Below are positions 17,637 to 26,217 of a stretch of DNA of 64,000 bases, one piece after another. Each line of letters starts with the position of its first letter. The first letter of the stretch is position 1. A program made the translations under genes and the position numbers. This stretch comes from an uncultured Planctomycetia bacterium (GTDB lineage Bacteria; Omnitrophota; Gorgyraeia; Gorgyraeales; Gorgyraeaceae), in assembly GCA_964415355.1 (NCBI GenBank), contig CAYPYS010000002.1, forward strand, positions 74,475 to 138,474, written 5' to 3'. Below the pieces are notes generated by a model. The model was not told the DNA's origin, ran no database searches, and saw nothing but the letters and a program-made list of their open reading frames with translations.

Positions 17637-18176
17637 ATGAGCATAATAAACGACGCCATTAAAAAAGCGAGAAAAGAATTTGAAATAAAAAGCGAAAGTA
17701 TTGTCGGGCCTGCTAATTTTGGTCAAGGCAAAGAAGTAGCTACGGCGGGACCTAAGGCTACAGAGGTAAAATGGATAATAGTGGTCGTTGTATCACTTGT
17801 GTTTATTATTGTATTATTGGGCTCTATGTTCCTGTACAGGTATATGTCAAGAATAAATGCAGCAGATATTGATCTTGCGCCAAATAAGGCCGCTATTAGC
17901 AAAACCGTTCCAAAGAAAGAAGTAACCAGGGCCCCCGCGAATGATAAACGCTACAAAAGAACCAAGCCAAAGCCAAGCCCGCTCAGCAAAAGAACCATTG
18001 GTATAATAGAATTAAACGGGATCGTCCATGGACCGGAAGGCAAATGGGCGATTATAAATGATAGGATAACCAGGGAAGGCGATTCTGTCCCGAACGGAAA
18101 ACTTTCTCATATAGCGGAACGTTTTGTGAAGATTAAGATGGATAATGGCGAAGAAATTACTCTGGAGCTGAGGTAG
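17637..18176 (+). CDS. Single-pass membrane protein, possible GspB/ExeB-like partner of ExeA
   Basis: 179 aa, TM helix WIIVVVVSLVFIIVLLGSMFL. 13 nt downstream of ExeA. Confidence 0.45.
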   Translation: MSIINDAIKKARKEFEIKSESIVGPANFGQGKEVATAGPKATEVKWIIVVVVSLVFIIVLLGSMFLYRYMSRINAADIDLAPNKAAISKTVPKKEVTRAPANDKRYKRTKPKPSPLSKRTIGIIELNGIVHGPEGKWAIINDRITREGDSVPNGKLSHIAERFVKIKMDNGEEITLELR

Positions 18177-18921
18177 CGCTTTCGGCTTCGTCTTTTTTTA
18201 TCCGAGTTTCTATCGCAGAGATTGCTTCTTTGGCAGATGCTTGTTCAGCTGTCTTTTTATTCGACCCCGACCCTATACCGTACCTCTTGCCTAATATAAG
18301 CGCTTCTACTATAAAATGCTTCTTATGGTCAGGCCCTATTTCTGAGATTATCTTATAAGACGGCGTGGTCTTGAATTTCCTGAGCACAGTCTGCTGGAGG
18401 ATGGATTTATAATCTTTTGAACCCTTGCCTTGTTTTACGAGCTGTATCTGCGGCTCAAATATATTTTTTATAAACTTAAAAGCTGATTTTAAATTGCTGT
18501 CCAGATATATGGCCCCTATGACAGCTTCTAAGGCGCAAAGAAGGTTGGATTCATGTTTCTTTCCGCCTGACGCCTCTTCTCCTTTGCCCAGAAGTAAAAA
18601 ATCACCTATTTTAAGCTCTCGCGCAATTCGGCCAAGGGTAGCGCCGCTGACCAACTGAGATTTATATCTTGTTAAAACGCCTTCGTCTTGGTCAGGACAA
18701 TCATCGTACAGGATCCTGCTTATAACGATACCGAGCACGGAGTCCCCGAGGAATTCCAGTCTTTCATTGTCTCCGGATTTCGATTCATATTTCTCGTTCG
18801 CGTAAGATTTATGAGTCAAGGCCTGATTCAGCACCCATTTATTTCTAAATCTATAACCTATCGATTTTTCAAAATATTTAAGCTTTTTTAATCGCGATTT
18901 GTCTATTTTTTTAAGATTCAT
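18157..18921 (-). CDS. rnc: Ribonuclease III
   Basis: ERLEFLGDSVLG RNase III signature, C-terminal dsRBD. Confidence 0.85.
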   Translation of the reverse strand: MNLKKIDKSRLKKLKYFEKSIGYRFRNKWVLNQALTHKSYANEKYESKSGDNERLEFLGDSVLGIVISRILYDDCPDQDEGVLTRYKSQLVSGATLGRIARELKIGDFLLLGKGEEASGGKKHESNLLCALEAVIGAIYLDSNLKSAFKFIKNIFEPQIQLVKQGKGSKDYKSILQQTVLRKFKTTPSYKIISEIGPDHKKHFIVEALILGKRYGIGSGSNKKTAEQASAKEAISAIETRIKKDEAESATSAPE

Positions 18922-18938
18922 GGATTTTGCGATGCAGA

Positions 18939-20039
18939 TTAGTTGAATAGCGACGCGATGGATTTTTTTATCAATGCCTTAGGGATGTTTTCCTTGATGA
19001 TAACCTTCCCTATTTTTATCGGCAAAACAAACCTGTTTTTCCCGCGTATGAACTTTTTATCGTGTTCCTGGGCGGAAAATATATCTTTCGTGTCCAGCTT
19101 TTTGCCTTTGATGCTCGTAGGCAGGCCTATTTTTTTTATCAAGTCAGATATTTTCTTACAAAGGTTTTTATCGATCAGGTCTAGGTTTCGAGATATAAAT
19201 AAAGCAGCTATGATGCCGAGGCTAACTGCTTGCCCGTGATTGTACGCTTTTGCATAATGGGCCCCTGCTTCTATCGCATGGCCTATAGTATGCCCTAGAT
19301 TAAGCACGACGCGGATGTTTTTATTATCAAATTCATCCTTTTCAACTACCCTCGCCTTTATCGCGCTGCACGTATAGACGATATATTCAAGGGTTTTTTT
19401 ATCGTACCTCAGCACTTTGTCGTGATTTTTTATCAAAAAATCGAACAATCCAGGAGATTTTATAATACCGTATTTAATGACCTCTGCCATGCCCGATATA
19501 AGGTCTTTTTTTGGAAGAGTGCTTAACAAGGAAACATCGCTAAAGACAAGACGGGGCTGATAAAAAGCCCCTGCTAGATTTTTACCTACCTCCAGGTCGA
19601 TCGCTACCTTCCCGCCTATCGCCGAGTCGACCTGCGCCAGTAAAGTCGTTGGCACCTGGATATAAGGTATACCTCTTTTATATATGCTCGCTACAAATCC
19701 AGCGAGATCGCCTGTTACTCCGCCGCCCAGCGCAACGATGAATATCCTGCGGGACGTGCCGTCGATTTTAGATATGTTATTCAGGAGCCTGATGCAGCAC
19801 TTTTCTGATTTGGCCTTTTCAGAGTCAGGTATTGTCTGAAAATTTACGCTGAATCCAGCCGAGGTCAGGGATTTTCTGACTGGATCTCCGAGTATCTTCT
19901 TAACAGAATGGTTAGTTATTACTACGGCGTTTGTGCCGATATCGATCTTTTTAAGAATGGCCCCGAGTTTCGCAATGCCTTTGCTGCAGACCAGGATGTC
20001 ATAGCTTTTCCTGCCAAGATTTACCCGTATTTTTTTCAT
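18939..20039 (-). CDS. aroB: 3-dehydroquinate synthase
   Basis: GGGVTGDLAGFVA... and the NLGHTIGHAIE metal site. Start reassigned to MKKIRVNLG (ATG 20039), giving an ATGA overlap with the upstream stop. Confidence 0.85.
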   Translation of the reverse strand: MKKIRVNLGRKSYDILVCSKGIAKLGAILKKIDIGTNAVVITNHSVKKILGDPVRKSLTSAGFSVNFQTIPDSEKAKSEKCCIRLLNNISKIDGTSRRIFIVALGGGVTGDLAGFVASIYKRGIPYIQVPTTLLAQVDSAIGGKVAIDLEVGKNLAGAFYQPRLVFSDVSLLSTLPKKDLISGMAEVIKYGIIKSPGLFDFLIKNHDKVLRYDKKTLEYIVYTCSAIKARVVEKDEFDNKNIRVVLNLGHTIGHAIEAGAHYAKAYNHGQAVSLGIIAALFISRNLDLIDKNLCKKISDLIKKIGLPTSIKGKKLDTKDIFSAQEHDKKFIRGKNRFVLPIKIGKVIIKENIPKALIKKSIASLFN

Positions 20040-20650
20040 ATCGTTACACCTAAAAGCGTCGCGAAGTACATTACTAATGGCCAAATAACGCTCCCTATTA
20101 ACCCTATGTAAAGCAGGCCAAATATAATAATGAAACCATAAGGTTCTAATTTTGCGTATCGAATGCCAAGGTCTCTTGGCAGCATTCCCATAAGCACTCT
20201 GGACCCGTCCAAAGGCGGGATCGGCAATATGTTAAATATTGCCAGCACGAGATTTATTATTATAGCCGTGGTAAGGACCTCTGTTAAGAGGATATTTCCT
20301 CCGCTTAAAGTAATAAATTTCAATATAAAAGACAGCAGGATCGCGAAAAATATATTTGCCGTGGGGCCGGCCAGGCCGACCCATACCATATCTTTTTTTG
20401 GGTTTCCCAGGCTATTGAAATCTACAGGCACTGGTTTTGCCCAGCCGAATATAACCGGGGACCGCGTAGCTAGTAGTAAAAGAGGAAGGAATATAGTCCC
20501 TATCGGATCGATATGTGCCAGGGGGTTAAACGTGAGACGGCCCGCGTTTTTAGCTGTCCAGTCCCCTAGTTTCCACGCGGTCCAACCGTGCGCGTATTCA
20601 TGGATTATCACAGCAAAGAAAAAAACGGAAAGGATTAATATAAACTGCAT
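20036..20650 (-). CDS. Site-2 protease family (M50) membrane metalloprotease
   Basis: HEYAHG HExxH in TM1, multi-TM, LDG motif. Confidence 0.75.
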   Translation of the reverse strand: MQFILILSVFFFAVIIHEYAHGWTAWKLGDWTAKNAGRLTFNPLAHIDPIGTIFLPLLLLATRSPVIFGWAKPVPVDFNSLGNPKKDMVWVGLAGPTANIFFAILLSFILKFITLSGGNILLTEVLTTAIIINLVLAIFNILPIPPLDGSRVLMGMLPRDLGIRYAKLEPYGFIIIFGLLYIGLIGSVIWPLVMYFATLLGVTI

Positions 20651-21372
20651 TATTTATTTTTATCAGAAAATATAAGGTTGCCCGTGGAAAGAGCAGGCTT
20701 GGAGACCCTTTCTAATTTTATTCTTTCTGATCCTTTTCTTTTTATCTTGGGCGCAGTCTCTTTTTTTGACACTATCGCAAGGTCTTCTTTTTCTTTTACT
20801 TCCTCTATTGCCGCTGCCGCTATTTCTTCTTTTTTCTCGATTCTGTCGATTTGCACGGTTTTCTCGATCTCGTCTTTTTCAACAAAGCTAAGGGCTATCT
20901 GGCTGGAATGCACCCATCCGCTGGCTCCCTGAGGAGGTTCGATTTTATACCACCCTCCTTCTTCCTCGGATATCACGCGCAGCGACTCAGGCTTTGAGAC
21001 CTGCCCCAGTATGGAATGTTTTGTGCCTGGGCCTGCCCTGAGATTTACTCGTGTCGCGTTGACCTCACCTATCTTTCCTCCCTTTTCACGATCCAGGTCA
21101 ACGTAATCGTTTTTTATGTATACGTGCGCTTTTCTGGGCAGATCGATTTTATACCAGCTGTAACGCTTTCCTGTCAGTTTGACAGGATCGCCCTTTTTTA
21201 ATTTGCACAATACTTCATAATTGATATTATCCCCTGCCCGTACATTAGAGGTGCTATTTTTTATAAAGCCTATCTTGGACAGTTTTTCTTCCGTGTCTGT
21301 GCCTGCGTGGGATGCCCCGCAGAAGAAACAAGAAAGTAGCAATATTAGGACACCTGTCTTTACAAGTCTCAT
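20650..21372 (-). CDS. Secreted protein with tandem bacterial SH3 (SH3b) domains
   Basis: Signal peptide MRLVKTGVLILLLSCFFCGASHA. Two ...VR/LRAG....W(Y/Y)KI SH3b-like segments. The track start at 21414 is an artefact of R2 translation; AAGGAG lies 8 nt upstream of ATG 21372. Confidence 0.6.
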   Translation of the reverse strand: MRLVKTGVLILLLSCFFCGASHAGTDTEEKLSKIGFIKNSTSNVRAGDNINYEVLCKLKKGDPVKLTGKRYSWYKIDLPRKAHVYIKNDYVDLDREKGGKIGEVNATRVNLRAGPGTKHSILGQVSKPESLRVISEEEGGWYKIEPPQGASGWVHSSQIALSFVEKDEIEKTVQIDRIEKKEEIAAAAIEEVKEKEDLAIVSKKETAPKIKRKGSERIKLERVSKPALSTGNLIFSDKNK

Positions 21373-21387
21373 AGTTAACTCCTTCTT

Positions 21388-21413
21388 GGATTCCCGCTTT
21401 CGCGGGAATGACA
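21388..21413. repeat. R2 GC-rich hairpin element (GNRA tetraloop on the minus-strand transcript)
   Basis: ggattcccgctttcgcgggaatgaca, 3 nt upstream of the SD of the SH3b gene. Confidence 0.85.
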
Positions 21414-21430
21414 ATTTTGAAGTATATATT

Positions 21431-21489
21431 CCAACAACGTTAAAGCCTGCCCCGCGTGACTTAAGGAAGTAAAGCGGGGTGTAAAGTTA
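21431..21489. repeat. R1 element interrupted by a 35-bp GC-hairpin insertion (21446-21480)
   Basis: ccaacaacgttaaag + [cctgccccgcgtgacttaaggaagtaaagcggggt] + gtaaagtta. Contains the stop of 21487-21768. Confidence 0.75.
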
Positions 21490-21768
21490 TTTTTTCTTTT
21501 CTTCTTTTTTGTCTGCCTTAGGAGCGGCTTCTTTCGGAGCAGTTGCCTGTGCTTCAGAGCCGGCTGCCTGAGCTTCTTCCGGTTTTTCTTCCGCTTTTTC
21601 CTTCTTGATCTTTGTCCTTACTATTTTCAGCTTTGGCATACCGAAGACGGAATCGTCCTCTTTCAATATGCCTTTTTCTTTTAAGGTAAAGAACTTTTCA
21701 AACCTTTTTAATACGCTCCTGTGTTTTTTTCCTGCCTTTGAAGTTTTCAAACTAGGATGCTGTGACAT
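21487..21768 (-). CDS. Small basic hypothetical protein
   Basis: 93 aa, K/E-rich. Stop inside a disrupted R1 copy. Confidence 0.4.
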   Translation of the reverse strand: MSQHPSLKTSKAGKKHRSVLKRFEKFFTLKEKGILKEDDSVFGMPKLKIVRTKIKKEKAEEKPEEAQAAGSEAQATAPKEAAPKADKKEEKKK

Positions 21769-21778
21769 TATTACCTCC

Positions 21779-22306
21779 TTATAATGTGCTTACGAAACAA
21801 TCGTCGTAGCGTTTTTTTAGTTTATCGCACAATTCCTGAGCGATTTTTTCGTTATCAAAAAAACCTATGTAGACCTGGTAGTAACTCCCTGACTTTTTCA
21901 TGCTAGCTTTATAGCCAAGCTTCTTTAGTGTCGCAATTTCCTGTTTTGCCGAGCTGCTCTTTTTAAAAGAAGCCAGGCGAAGAACGTATTTATCAGCCTG
22001 GGTTTTCTCTGCTTTGCTTGTTTCGATTTTTTTTATGCTTGTTATTTTTTCCTCGAGCGCAGTCTTTCGTTGCCTGTTTATCTTGACATCGACCTCTCTT
22101 CTCCCCTTTTCGACCCCGAGAGAGAATGCGGCGATGCAGGACATTATGAAAACTATCGAGATGATTACTATATTTTCAAAAGAATAAGTTGTTTTATTTT
22201 TTATGCGAGAAAGAAAAGGCGCTGTTTTTTTTCTTATTTTTTTATCAGCTGCCGGAGCTTGCTCAAAGAGATCTCTTTCTCCCGTATTTTGTGATCTTAA
22301 ATTCAT
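21779..22306 (-). CDS. SPOR-domain membrane protein (septal peptidoglycan binding)
   Basis: TM helix, then C-terminal YVLRLASF...YYQVYIGFFDNEKIAQELCDKL SPOR-like fold. Confidence 0.6.
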   Translation of the reverse strand: MNLRSQNTGERDLFEQAPAADKKIRKKTAPFLSRIKNKTTYSFENIVIISIVFIMSCIAAFSLGVEKGRREVDVKINRQRKTALEEKITSIKKIETSKAEKTQADKYVLRLASFKKSSSAKQEIATLKKLGYKASMKKSGSYYQVYIGFFDNEKIAQELCDKLKKRYDDCFVSTL

Positions 22307-22309
22307 GGC

Positions 22310-22573
22310 TTATTTTGTTTTTATGTATTTTTCGACGGCCTTTATTATGTCTTTTTGATTCGTATAAGAATATGCGTTAGTCGTGGTTGTCTTATGATTT
22401 ATCAGCGCCCCTTCTTTGACCAATTTGTTCAGGGATTTCTGCACGGATTCCAAGTCGCAGCCTATCCATACGGATATACCTTTGGCGGTATCGATAGAGT
22501 GAGGGTTTTCATTGAAGAATGTCAATATTTTTTTACTTATCTCGTTTTTGAAGAGACGTTTGATATTTTTCAT
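22310..22573 (-). CDS. Hypothetical protein (possible winged-helix)
   Basis: 87 aa ORF 4 nt upstream of the SPOR gene. Confidence 0.35.
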   Translation of the reverse strand: MKNIKRLFKNEISKKILTFFNENPHSIDTAKGISVWIGCDLESVQKSLNKLVKEGALINHKTTTTNAYSYTNQKDIIKAVEKYIKTK

Positions 22574-22578
22574 TTTCC

Positions 22579-24048
22579 TCAGACTAAATTTTTAAGTCCC
22601 GGTTTCTTTATAATAGAAATAAAGGCATTTACTACATCGGGATCGAATTGCGCCCCTTTGTTTTTTTCTATTTCTTTCAAGGCCTGCGATATGGTTATAT
22701 TGCCATCTTTGTAAGGCCTGGAAGAGACCATTGCCTCAAAGGCATCGGCAACAGCCATTATCCTTGCGCCCAAGGGTATTTCCTCTCCTTTTAGGCCTTT
22801 TGGGTATCCTGAGCCATCGTATCTTTCATGATGATGCATTATTATCGGTAAGGAGGGCTTTAAGAATTCAAGGGGTTTTAATATCTTGATGCTTTCGAGA
22901 TGTTGTCGTTTTATGATTTTATATTCTTCTCGCGATAGACGGCCGCGTTTTTTTAATATTTCGTCGGGTATGCTGAATTTTCCAGTATCAGGCAGGAGCG
23001 CAGCGTATCGCAAGTTCCTGGTCTCTTCTCTTGGGAGTCTCATCTCCTCGGCTATAGCAAGGACTATTTTGACAAAAGCCTCAGAGTGAGTGTATGTATT
23101 TGGCGATTTTGCATCTAAAAGCGCCGCGAGCGATTTAATGCTGCCGTATGCCATCTTGTCCTGCTCCTCGTATAGCTGGGCATTCTTTATGGCTATCACT
23201 GCCTGTTCAGCAAGTGTCAGAAGGATTTCCATGTCAAATTTAGTAAAAGGCGTATTTTTTATCTTATTTTTAGCGCATATGATACCTACTACATCTTCCT
23301 CCACGAGGGGAACGCATACTGTATTCCGCGACATAAAGGTCTTCCCTGTCTTTGCCACCTTTCCTTCCATGCCAGTGCCTACTTTTATCTTTTTGAGCCT
23401 CGCATCTTTTTTGTTGGCGTGGTTTCTTAGATCAGTGGCTGCCCTTGTAACGAGGTTTTTCCCTGAATCATCGAGAAGCATTATGGAGCAGTACCTGGCC
23501 CGCATTACCTGAGAGGTCAATCGCGCGATCCTTTCTATTAATTCAGTCAAATCGAGAGTAGAGCTTATAAGCCTGTGTATGGTGTGGATCGTAGATAAGG
23601 CGATCGCTCTTGGTCTGATGGTATCGTATAATTTGACAAGCTCCTGTTCTTTTTGAAATTCTTTTAAAGCCACATCTATGATCGATTTAAACAGGATCAC
23701 GTCTTTTTTGTTTAAGTCAAAGTTCAAGTGCAGTATTGCCACGTATCCGTATAGATTTTCGCTTTGCATTATCGGCAGGAAGACGCAGGTCTTGCCGCAA
23801 GAGCATTGTAAGGGTCGCACCTTGTCCAGGCGTTGCGACTTAAGTTTTTTTAGAGACCTTGTGATCCCCGCGCAGCCCTTTTTATTTTTACCGATAGGCT
23901 TAAGGTTTGAATCAAAGAACAGGCACCGCACGCGCTTTTTTATGATTTCTGAAATAGCGCCTTTAAGCAATAAAATGGAGGCTGATCTACTGAACTCCAG
24001 CAAGAATCGGTGTTTTTCGTTGTTGTTAGACTTTTTCATAGGGGTCAA
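22579..24048 (-). CDS. GAF-domain + HD-GYP c-di-GMP phosphodiesterase
   Basis: HHHERYDGSGYP HD-GYP signature. Upstream GAF-like region. Confidence 0.75.
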   Translation of the reverse strand: MTPMKKSNNNEKHRFLLEFSRSASILLLKGAISEIIKKRVRCLFFDSNLKPIGKNKKGCAGITRSLKKLKSQRLDKVRPLQCSCGKTCVFLPIMQSENLYGYVAILHLNFDLNKKDVILFKSIIDVALKEFQKEQELVKLYDTIRPRAIALSTIHTIHRLISSTLDLTELIERIARLTSQVMRARYCSIMLLDDSGKNLVTRAATDLRNHANKKDARLKKIKVGTGMEGKVAKTGKTFMSRNTVCVPLVEEDVVGIICAKNKIKNTPFTKFDMEILLTLAEQAVIAIKNAQLYEEQDKMAYGSIKSLAALLDAKSPNTYTHSEAFVKIVLAIAEEMRLPREETRNLRYAALLPDTGKFSIPDEILKKRGRLSREEYKIIKRQHLESIKILKPLEFLKPSLPIIMHHHERYDGSGYPKGLKGEEIPLGARIMAVADAFEAMVSSRPYKDGNITISQALKEIEKNKGAQFDPDVVNAFISIIKKPGLKNLV

Positions 24049-25180
24049 ATAATTTTTTATATTCGTCTAGGGCATATCTATCTGTCATGCCCGCTATGTA
24101 GTCGCATATCGCTCTATGAGAGCCGTATTTTTCAATATTTTTCTGATCAGAAGGCGGAAGCTGCTCAGGTTTTTCAAGGTAGACATTAAAAAGATCTATT
24201 ATGAACCTTCTGGCCTTGTCAGACATGCGGCTAACCCTGAAATTTTTATATAGATTTTCCATTAGGAACCGACGCAGCTGCATTCTTTTTTCTTGCATGC
24301 CGCTGGAAAAGACGATCAATCTATCCTGATCCTTTCTTACGTCTTTCACGTTCTTTATGCGAGACGCTTTTATCTTTTTTTCAGATGTCTCGACCAGGTC
24401 CTTTATCTGCCTGTCTATCAATATCCTTATTATCTGGTACTTTCGTATCTTGCCGTCCAGGTTACTACGCCGTTTTTTTACGCTGGAAACCGCCATTTTC
24501 CAAAGATCTAGTTTTGATAACTCTTTTTCGTCTATAAGTCCCGATGTCAATCCGTCGTCGATATCATGATTATCGTATGCTATTTCGTCAGAGATGTCAA
24601 CCACCTGCGTCTCCAGGGTGGGTGATGTTTCCGGTTCGAGCTCTATAAATCTTTCTGACTTGTCAAACATAGTGGTGTGCTTGTTTACCCCTTCCCTTAC
24701 TTCCCAGGTCAGGTTTAAGCCTGGAAAATCAGGGTATCTTCGCTCTAATTCGTCTATGACCCTCAGGCCTTGCAGATTATGGTCAAAACCTCCCCTGTCT
24801 TTCATCAGCGCCCCTAGGGCATCTTCACCAGCGTGGCCGAATGGCGGGTGGCCGATATCGTGAGAGAGGGCAATGGCTTCGACAAGATCCTCGTTTAGCA
24901 TCAGTTCCCTGGCGATTGATTTTGCCAGCTGACTGACCTCCAATGTGTGAGTAAGCCTTGTTCTGTAATAGTCTCCTTCATGATTTACGAAGACCTGCGT
25001 TTTGTATTCTAGCTTTCTAAAGGCCGTACAGTGTATGATCCTGTCCCTGTCTCTTTGATAGTGAGACCTATGCCTTGGTTCTTTTTCAGGGTATTTTCTT
25101 CCCCTCGTATCCATGCTTAACATCGCATAAGGGGCCAGAAATTTTTTTTCCCTGTTTTCTATATCTTTTCGTGTAAGCAT
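24026..25180 (-). CDS. dgt: dGTP triphosphohydrolase (Dgt-like HD-domain dNTPase)
   Basis: HD motif LSHDIGHPPFGH, Dgt-like length. Start reassigned to MLTRKDIENR (ATG 25180). The track N-terminus MSFPRKRES is R2-derived. Confidence 0.8.
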   Translation of the reverse strand: MLTRKDIENREKKFLAPYAMLSMDTRGRKYPEKEPRHRSHYQRDRDRIIHCTAFRKLEYKTQVFVNHEGDYYRTRLTHTLEVSQLAKSIARELMLNEDLVEAIALSHDIGHPPFGHAGEDALGALMKDRGGFDHNLQGLRVIDELERRYPDFPGLNLTWEVREGVNKHTTMFDKSERFIELEPETSPTLETQVVDISDEIAYDNHDIDDGLTSGLIDEKELSKLDLWKMAVSSVKKRRSNLDGKIRKYQIIRILIDRQIKDLVETSEKKIKASRIKNVKDVRKDQDRLIVFSSGMQEKRMQLRRFLMENLYKNFRVSRMSDKARRFIIDLFNVYLEKPEQLPPSDQKNIEKYGSHRAICDYIAGMTDRYALDEYKKLFDPYEKV

Positions 25181-25189
25181 CGGAAATCT

Positions 25190-25215
25190 GGATTCCCGCT
25201 TTCGCGGGAATGACA
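25190..25215. repeat. R2 hairpin element
   Basis: ggattcccgctttcgcgggaatgaca, in the dgt 5' leader. Confidence 0.85.
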
Positions 25216-25219
25216 CATG

Positions 25220-25258
25220 TTAACTTTACACTTTAACGTTGTTGAAGTGTAAAGTTAG
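25220..25258. repeat. R1 palindromic element (adjacent to R2)
   Basis: ttaactttacactttaacgttgttgaagtgtaaagttag. Contains the stop of the HIT gene. Confidence 0.9.
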
Positions 25259-25716
25259 GTAAGCAGTTTGCGTAATTCTTTTAGCGATTGCGGCACGACT
25301 TTCGTCTGTCCTATGACAGGCATAAAGTTCGTGTCGCCAGACCACCTGGGAACGATATGTATATGGACATGCCCTCTGTAGCCGGCTCCGCCTACCTTAC
25401 CCGTGTTTATACCTATGTTAAAGCCATGTGGTTTTAATTTTTTTTCAAGCAGGCGCTGCATTTCTTTTACCAAAACCATCATATCCAGAAGCTCGTTGTC
25501 TCTCAATCCTGTCAGGTCTTTTATGTGCCTGTAGGGCGAGACCATCACATGACCATTATTATATGGGTATATGTTCAATATGGCAAACGAGAATTTAGAT
25601 TTTTTGATGATATATCCATGGCTGTCTCTCTTATTTTTCTTGATACAGAATATGCAGCCTTTGTTTTTCTTTTTCTTTACAAATTTACTTCTCCATGGTG
25701 CCCACAATCTGTCCAT
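25255..25716 (-). CDS. HIT-family (histidine triad) nucleotide hydrolase
   Basis: HVHIHIVPR triad. Stop inside R1. Confidence 0.8.
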   Translation of the reverse strand: MDRLWAPWRSKFVKKKKNKGCIFCIKKNKRDSHGYIIKKSKFSFAILNIYPYNNGHVMVSPYRHIKDLTGLRDNELLDMMVLVKEMQRLLEKKLKPHGFNIGINTGKVGGAGYRGHVHIHIVPRWSGDTNFMPVIGQTKVVPQSLKELRKLLT

Positions 25717-25725
25717 ACTCTCTCC

Positions 25726-26214
25726 TCAAAGCCTGTGTATGACCGCTTTTATCTTTCCTTTGGTAATCTCTATGATGCCATATGATTTATATGGCGAAAA
25801 TATACTATCTGTGGCGCTTCCCGGATTGAAGAATAAAATGCTGCCCACGTATTCATTCATAGGCATATGGGAATGCCCGAACACAATGACATCCGGTTTA
25901 TACTTAGAAAGACCTTCTTTTAGGACGTCTATTAGATTTTTAGGATTGCCGTAGCCATGCATAAGACAGATCTTTTTGCCGCATAGATCCAGTATTTTTT
26001 TATCCTGCAGCGCGGCTTGCGTTTTTGGCAGGTCCATGTTCCCGCGAACCGCTTCTACCTTTGCTATTTTTTTTAGCTGTTCGATCACACTTAGGTCTAC
26101 AAGGTCACCCGCGTGCAATATTAATTCACAATCTTTAAAGGCCTCCAAGAGCCTGGCCGGCAATTTATGCTCGCTGTCTCTTATATGAGTGTCAGAAATT
26201 ACACCTATTTTCAT
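25726..26214 (-). CDS. YfcE/MJ0936-type metallophosphoesterase
   Basis: GDLVD, GHSH and D..H metal-ligand pattern. 162 aa. Confidence 0.75.
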   Translation of the reverse strand: MKIGVISDTHIRDSEHKLPARLLEAFKDCELILHAGDLVDLSVIEQLKKIAKVEAVRGNMDLPKTQAALQDKKILDLCGKKICLMHGYGNPKNLIDVLKEGLSKYKPDVIVFGHSHMPMNEYVGSILFFNPGSATDSIFSPYKSYGIIEITKGKIKAVIHRL

Positions 26215-26217
26215 AAG

